From positions 4,144-68,143 of the forward strand of contig JAHJRI010000078.1 in assembly GCA_018830885.1 (NCBI GenBank): a stretch of 64,000 bases of DNA. Reading direction: 5' to 3'. Each line of letters starts with the position of its first letter. Positions within the stretch are counted from its first letter, which is position 1. Shown piece after piece: positions 60,543-64,000 of this stretch. The position numbers were made by a program, and so were the translations under genes. The notes under the pieces were generated by a model that did not search any database, was not told the DNA's origin, and worked only from the letters and a program-made list of their open reading frames with translations. The stretch comes from a bacterium (lineage in GTDB: Bacteria > SAR324 > XYD2-FULL-50-16).

Positions 60543-60567
60543 TTGACATTGAGTGATATCTCACTCA
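60543..60567 (+). promoter_or_regulatory. -35 box plus perfect palindromic operator candidate
   Basis: TTGACA (60543-60548) followed by TGAGTGA-TATC-TCACTCA (60550-60567). Confidence 0.5.
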
Positions 60568-60844
60568 TCCCTGCCCATCTGCCGGATCACCCGCCAACCG
60601 CCCGTATTCGGTTTTTCTGATCAACACGGACAGGGGAACACCTGAAAACCCTGAATGTGATATATTATTCCACACCAATCTGATATCGACAGGGGCTCGG
60701 TATTTTTTTTGCAGCTTTCGGTCAGGTTTTTGCAGCAAAAGATTATACCACCGTTTTTTTTACAAGAACCGGTTTCCTCGGGTCCGGGTTTTCTTTCCCC
60801 GGGTCAAATCGCAACCGATCATCAAAAAAGGAGCACCGTTGACC

Positions 60845-61651
60845 ATGTTTACCTTCAACCCGAACGAAAGATATCAAATGCCGGGGTTCTTCGGCCCCCG
60901 TCAATTTCCGAAAGCATCCGGGCGTTATCATCATGTCACCAGCATTGTCGTCTCCTACCTGACAGACAGGGAGCAACTCGCCCGATATCTGCCCGCTCCC
61001 TTTGAAGTCGGGGAACTACCCATTGTCACGGTTGCCTACGCCTGCAATAAAGAGGTCGACTGGCTAGCCGGCCGGTCCTATAACCTGCTCGGGGTGCATG
61101 CCGCCGTGACGTTCAAGGGGGAAAAAGACCAGCTGGAAGGGGCGTTGACCCTGGTCATGTGGGAGAACCTGACCGACCCGATTCTGACCGGTCGGGAAGT
61201 TCAGGGAATTCCCAAGATTTATGCCGATATCCCGGACCATCAGGTGATCGACGGGGTCTGGCGGGTGAACGCCAGCCATTATGCCAACCGTATCGTGGAA
61301 ATGGAGGTCCGGGACCTCAGACCCCCCACCACCGAGGAGACTGCGGCTTTTGAAGAAGCCACGAAGGGAAAAGACAACTGGATGGGGTGGAAATACATTC
61401 CGAATCCGGATGGGGTAGGCCCTGCACTCAGTCATGCCACCCTTTTTCCGGCTGAAAACGAGATTTCAGAGATCCGGGTCGGACAGGGCACCGTTTCCTG
61501 GGACCGTCTCACCTGGGAGCAGAATCCGACCCAGTTTCACATCGTCAATGCCCTGGCTGATCTGCCCAATCTGGGAACTGTCTATACCGCCGTCAGCAAG
61601 GGAAGTACCGATCTTGCGCCACCGGATCGGGCTCCCCGAATCCTGAAGTAA
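60845..61651 (+). CDS. Acetoacetate decarboxylase-like family protein
   Basis: YLPAPF, GREVQGIPK (Schiff-base Lys position). Confidence 0.82.
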   Translation: MFTFNPNERYQMPGFFGPRQFPKASGRYHHVTSIVVSYLTDREQLARYLPAPFEVGELPIVTVAYACNKEVDWLAGRSYNLLGVHAAVTFKGEKDQLEGALTLVMWENLTDPILTGREVQGIPKIYADIPDHQVIDGVWRVNASHYANRIVEMEVRDLRPPTTEETAAFEEATKGKDNWMGWKYIPNPDGVGPALSHATLFPAENEISEIRVGQGTVSWDRLTWEQNPTQFHIVNALADLPNLGTVYTAVSKGSTDLAPPDRAPRILK

Positions 61652-61718
61652 CAGGTCCATGTCCAGCGGACACGGTTTTCGGAATTCAATCAATCCTTTT
61701 TAAACCGGATAAGCAGCT

Positions 61719-62969
61719 ATGCCAATGAATGAAATCAAGACCGTCGGGTTTATCGGGGCGGGAACCATGGGGTGTTTCAACTCATTATTGACAGGGATTG
61801 GCGGTTACGAGGCGATCCTTTTTGATGTTTCTGAAGAGACGCTCCTGTTGACAGAGATTACACAGGAGATCATTGGCGGCGCCCTGGTGGACCGGAAAAT
61901 GTTTACAGCCGCTCAGATTGCAGAAGGCCGCAGACACATCCACCTGGAAAGGGACCCCGCCCGGGCAGTGGCACATGCCGATCTGCTGAGTGAGTCCGTA
62001 CCGGAAAAACTCGATTTAAAACGATCTGTTCACAGGCAATTTGACGCCCTGTGTCCGCCGCACACCATCATGACAACCAATACTTCAGGTATCCCGGTTT
62101 CAGAAATCGAGGATGCGGTGCAGCGCGGGGACCGATTCGCTGCCATGCATTTCCATCTGGGATCCCCCCTGGTTGACATCGTGGGTGGCCCCCGCACCGG
62201 CGGACAGACGATGGATATCCTGACCCGGTTTGTCAAAAGTATCCACTGCTATCCCCACATCAACCGGAAGGAAAATCCCGGTTATATCTATAATGCGGTC
62301 TCAACAGGCATGACAAAGGTGATCGTACCCATGGTCGTTCAATATCAGGAACGCGTTGAAGATATCGACCGCGCCTGGATGCTCAACAGCGGAGAAGGGG
62401 CCGGACCGTTTGGCGCCATGGACCTGCTGGGGATCAATGTCTATTATGACGGCACCCTGAACGCCATGCGGAATCCCGGCAAGCGAAAACTGTTCGAAGG
62501 GATGCTGACAATTCTGCAACCCCTTGTGGAGCGGGGTGAATTGGGCATGAAAACCGGAAAAGGATTTTATACCTACCCTGAACCTGCCTATCAGAAACCT
62601 GAATTTCTGAAACCGGACCCGCAGGACAACGATCGCTATCAGACCATGATCAACGGCATTATCCTTGAGGCCCTGATGGTCGTATCCCAGGACATTGCCA
62701 CTGTTGAAGAGGTCGATCGGATCTGGATGCTGGCACGTTATTCGGAAGCCGGACCTTTCGGTTGGCTGGACGCCAAGGGGATCGATTGCTTCCTCTCAGA
62801 GATCAAAACCCCCAGCTATGGCCAGATTCACCCCATGGAGCAGATCTCCACTAGCGAAGCCTTGCTGAACCCCTTCCTGGAAAGATCCGAGTTGGGTGTC
62901 AAGTCAGGAAAGGGGTTTTACAGTTACCCGGACCCCCTGTTCAGGAACCCGATATTTTTAACCGTTTAG
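61719..62969 (+). CDS. 3-hydroxyacyl-CoA dehydrogenase with duplicated C-terminal domain
   Basis: GAGTMG, ESVPE, TNTS, MHF; two GPF...G.K.GKGFY repeats. Confidence 0.88.
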   Translation: MPMNEIKTVGFIGAGTMGCFNSLLTGIGGYEAILFDVSEETLLLTEITQEIIGGALVDRKMFTAAQIAEGRRHIHLERDPARAVAHADLLSESVPEKLDLKRSVHRQFDALCPPHTIMTTNTSGIPVSEIEDAVQRGDRFAAMHFHLGSPLVDIVGGPRTGGQTMDILTRFVKSIHCYPHINRKENPGYIYNAVSTGMTKVIVPMVVQYQERVEDIDRAWMLNSGEGAGPFGAMDLLGINVYYDGTLNAMRNPGKRKLFEGMLTILQPLVERGELGMKTGKGFYTYPEPAYQKPEFLKPDPQDNDRYQTMINGIILEALMVVSQDIATVEEVDRIWMLARYSEAGPFGWLDAKGIDCFLSEIKTPSYGQIHPMEQISTSEALLNPFLERSELGVKSGKGFYSYPDPLFRNPIFLTV

Positions 62970-63372
62970 CTCCCCGCCAGCAGCCATAGCCAGGGGTTCA
63001 GCCGTAATCATCAGCTCAGGGAAGCCTCTGAAAATCGGATCTTTTCTGAACGATTCCCGGCCGCAGGAGATCGCCACGATTCGACGAAAACGGTTGCGAC
63101 CGGGAATGGAATCTCTCTTTTTCCCGAAGCTGTCCTTAAAAAAACCCATATTTGCCCGGATTTTCACACACGCGACTACCCCCTGGAGGCTGGCTGAATC
63201 CTGCCAGGAATCTGTATCAGGGGATTCGCACCGCAGTACCCTGTCACCATTTTTGTTGATTCAGATCAACTTCCGGAAAACTAATAAAAGAAAACTTACC
63301 CTTCCTGGTTTATTTTGCTATACTTAATCTTTGAGTCAGAGAACTCAAAAAAAGAATCGGTTCACTTTCGAA

Positions 63373-63461
63373 CCGGTTACGATCTGATTGAAAGTACCAT
63401 TTATAATCTAAGTGGATGCTGGAAGTTAGTAAACGAATAATAATTAATTGGAGTATCCACG
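63373..63461 (+). promoter_or_regulatory. Conserved structured 5' leader of csp (copy 2)
   Basis: Matches the 3791-3896 leader; GTGGATGCT can pair with AGTATCCAC over the SD. Confidence 0.6.
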
Positions 63462-63662
63462 ATGACTGAAGGTACAGTAAAATGGTTTAACGACAGTAAA
63501 GGTTTTGGTTTTATTGAACAGGAAAACGGCGACGATGTATTTGTACATCATTCAGCTATTAACGGTTCAGGTTTTAAATCCCTGCAGGAAGGCGATCGCG
63601 TCACATTTGAGATCGAACAAGGTCAGAAAGGACCTGCTGCAGTCGGCGTTACTGTTAAGTAA
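63462..63662 (+). CDS. csp: Cold-shock protein (CspA family)
   Basis: [21 protein letters not shown]; 66 aa. Confidence 0.97.
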   Translation: MTEGTVKWFNDSKGFGFIEQENGDDVFVHHSAINGSGFKSLQEGDRVTFEIEQGQKGPAAVGVTVK

Positions 63663-63717
63663 TCACCACTGAAGAAGCAACCGGGTTAAGCATTCATTAG
63701 CCAGCCCGGTTAAAAAG

Positions 63718-63743
63718 AAGCCTCCCCTGGGAGGTTTTTTTTT
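63718..63743 (+). terminator. Rho-independent terminator
   Basis: AAGCCTCCC-CT-GGGAGGTTT followed by a T run. Confidence 0.8.
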
Positions 63744-63755
63744 GCCTGAAATTTC

Positions 63756-64000
63756 CTACAAATACTCGTCGGTATAGATCTCTTTGATTTTTTCAAACTC
63801 ATCGATGGCATCGAGAAAAATATCAACCAGCATCGGATCGAACTGACGCCCTTTCTGCTTCCTGATCAACTCACAGACCCTGTCAACTGTCCACTCTTCC
63901 TTGTAGGCCCTTTTACAGCTGACCGCATCGTAAACATCGACCAGTCCAGTGATCCGCCCATAGATATGGATTTCTTCCCCTTTGAGCCCGTTGGGATATC
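63756..64000 (-). CDS. HD-GYP domain protein, C-terminal part (runs off window)
   Basis: Minus frame YPNGLKGEEIHIYGRITGLVDVYDAVSCKRAYK...GRQFDP; not in the ORF track. Confidence 0.88.
   Translation of the reverse strand, partial: YPNGLKGEEIHIYGRITGLVDVYDAVSCKRAYKEEWTVDRVCELIRKQKGRQFDPMLVDIFLDAIDEFEKIKEIYTDEYL

Noticed and set aside
1-64000. tRNA, rRNA, CRISPR array, integrase or transposase genes
   Set aside because: None recognised by eye; a tRNAscan/Infernal run would be needed to exclude small RNAs

Overview
Chromosomal segment of a metabolically versatile bacterium. Gene content (AOR, four-subunit POR, HydABC/Bfu-like module, sigma54 activator, selenoprotein) suggests an anaerobic or facultative deltaproteobacterium-like organism; this is inference. 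About 55 CDSs; no tRNA, rRNA, CRISPR array or intact transposase was seen. The left half is mixed housekeeping: recX, csp, orphan fliG, L,D-transpeptidase, MCP, an AOR/acyl-CoA synthetase operon, pyk, pgm, pilD, ilvE, yacG, dsbD, comEA, surE. A 19-kb minus-strand catabolic block (31.9-51.0 kb) holds porGDAB directly followed by a catalytic-subunit-less BfuCBA (HydCBA-like) module. It continues with a biotin-dependent carboxylase with two carboxyltransferases that appear to carry complementary half active sites, a crotonase, AtuA, and a CrtI-like/reductase/Rieske trio, opposite a large sigma54 activator. Features the ORF track misses: a UGA-recoded UxxC DsbA/FrnE selenoprotein with a SECIS-like hairpin, a conserved switch-like 5' leader shared by two csp paralogs 60 kb apart, a structured repeat with compensatory changes (one copy inside a MITE-like element), and vapC and amidohydrolase gene relics. 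All assignments come from motif recognition by eye; no database searches were run.
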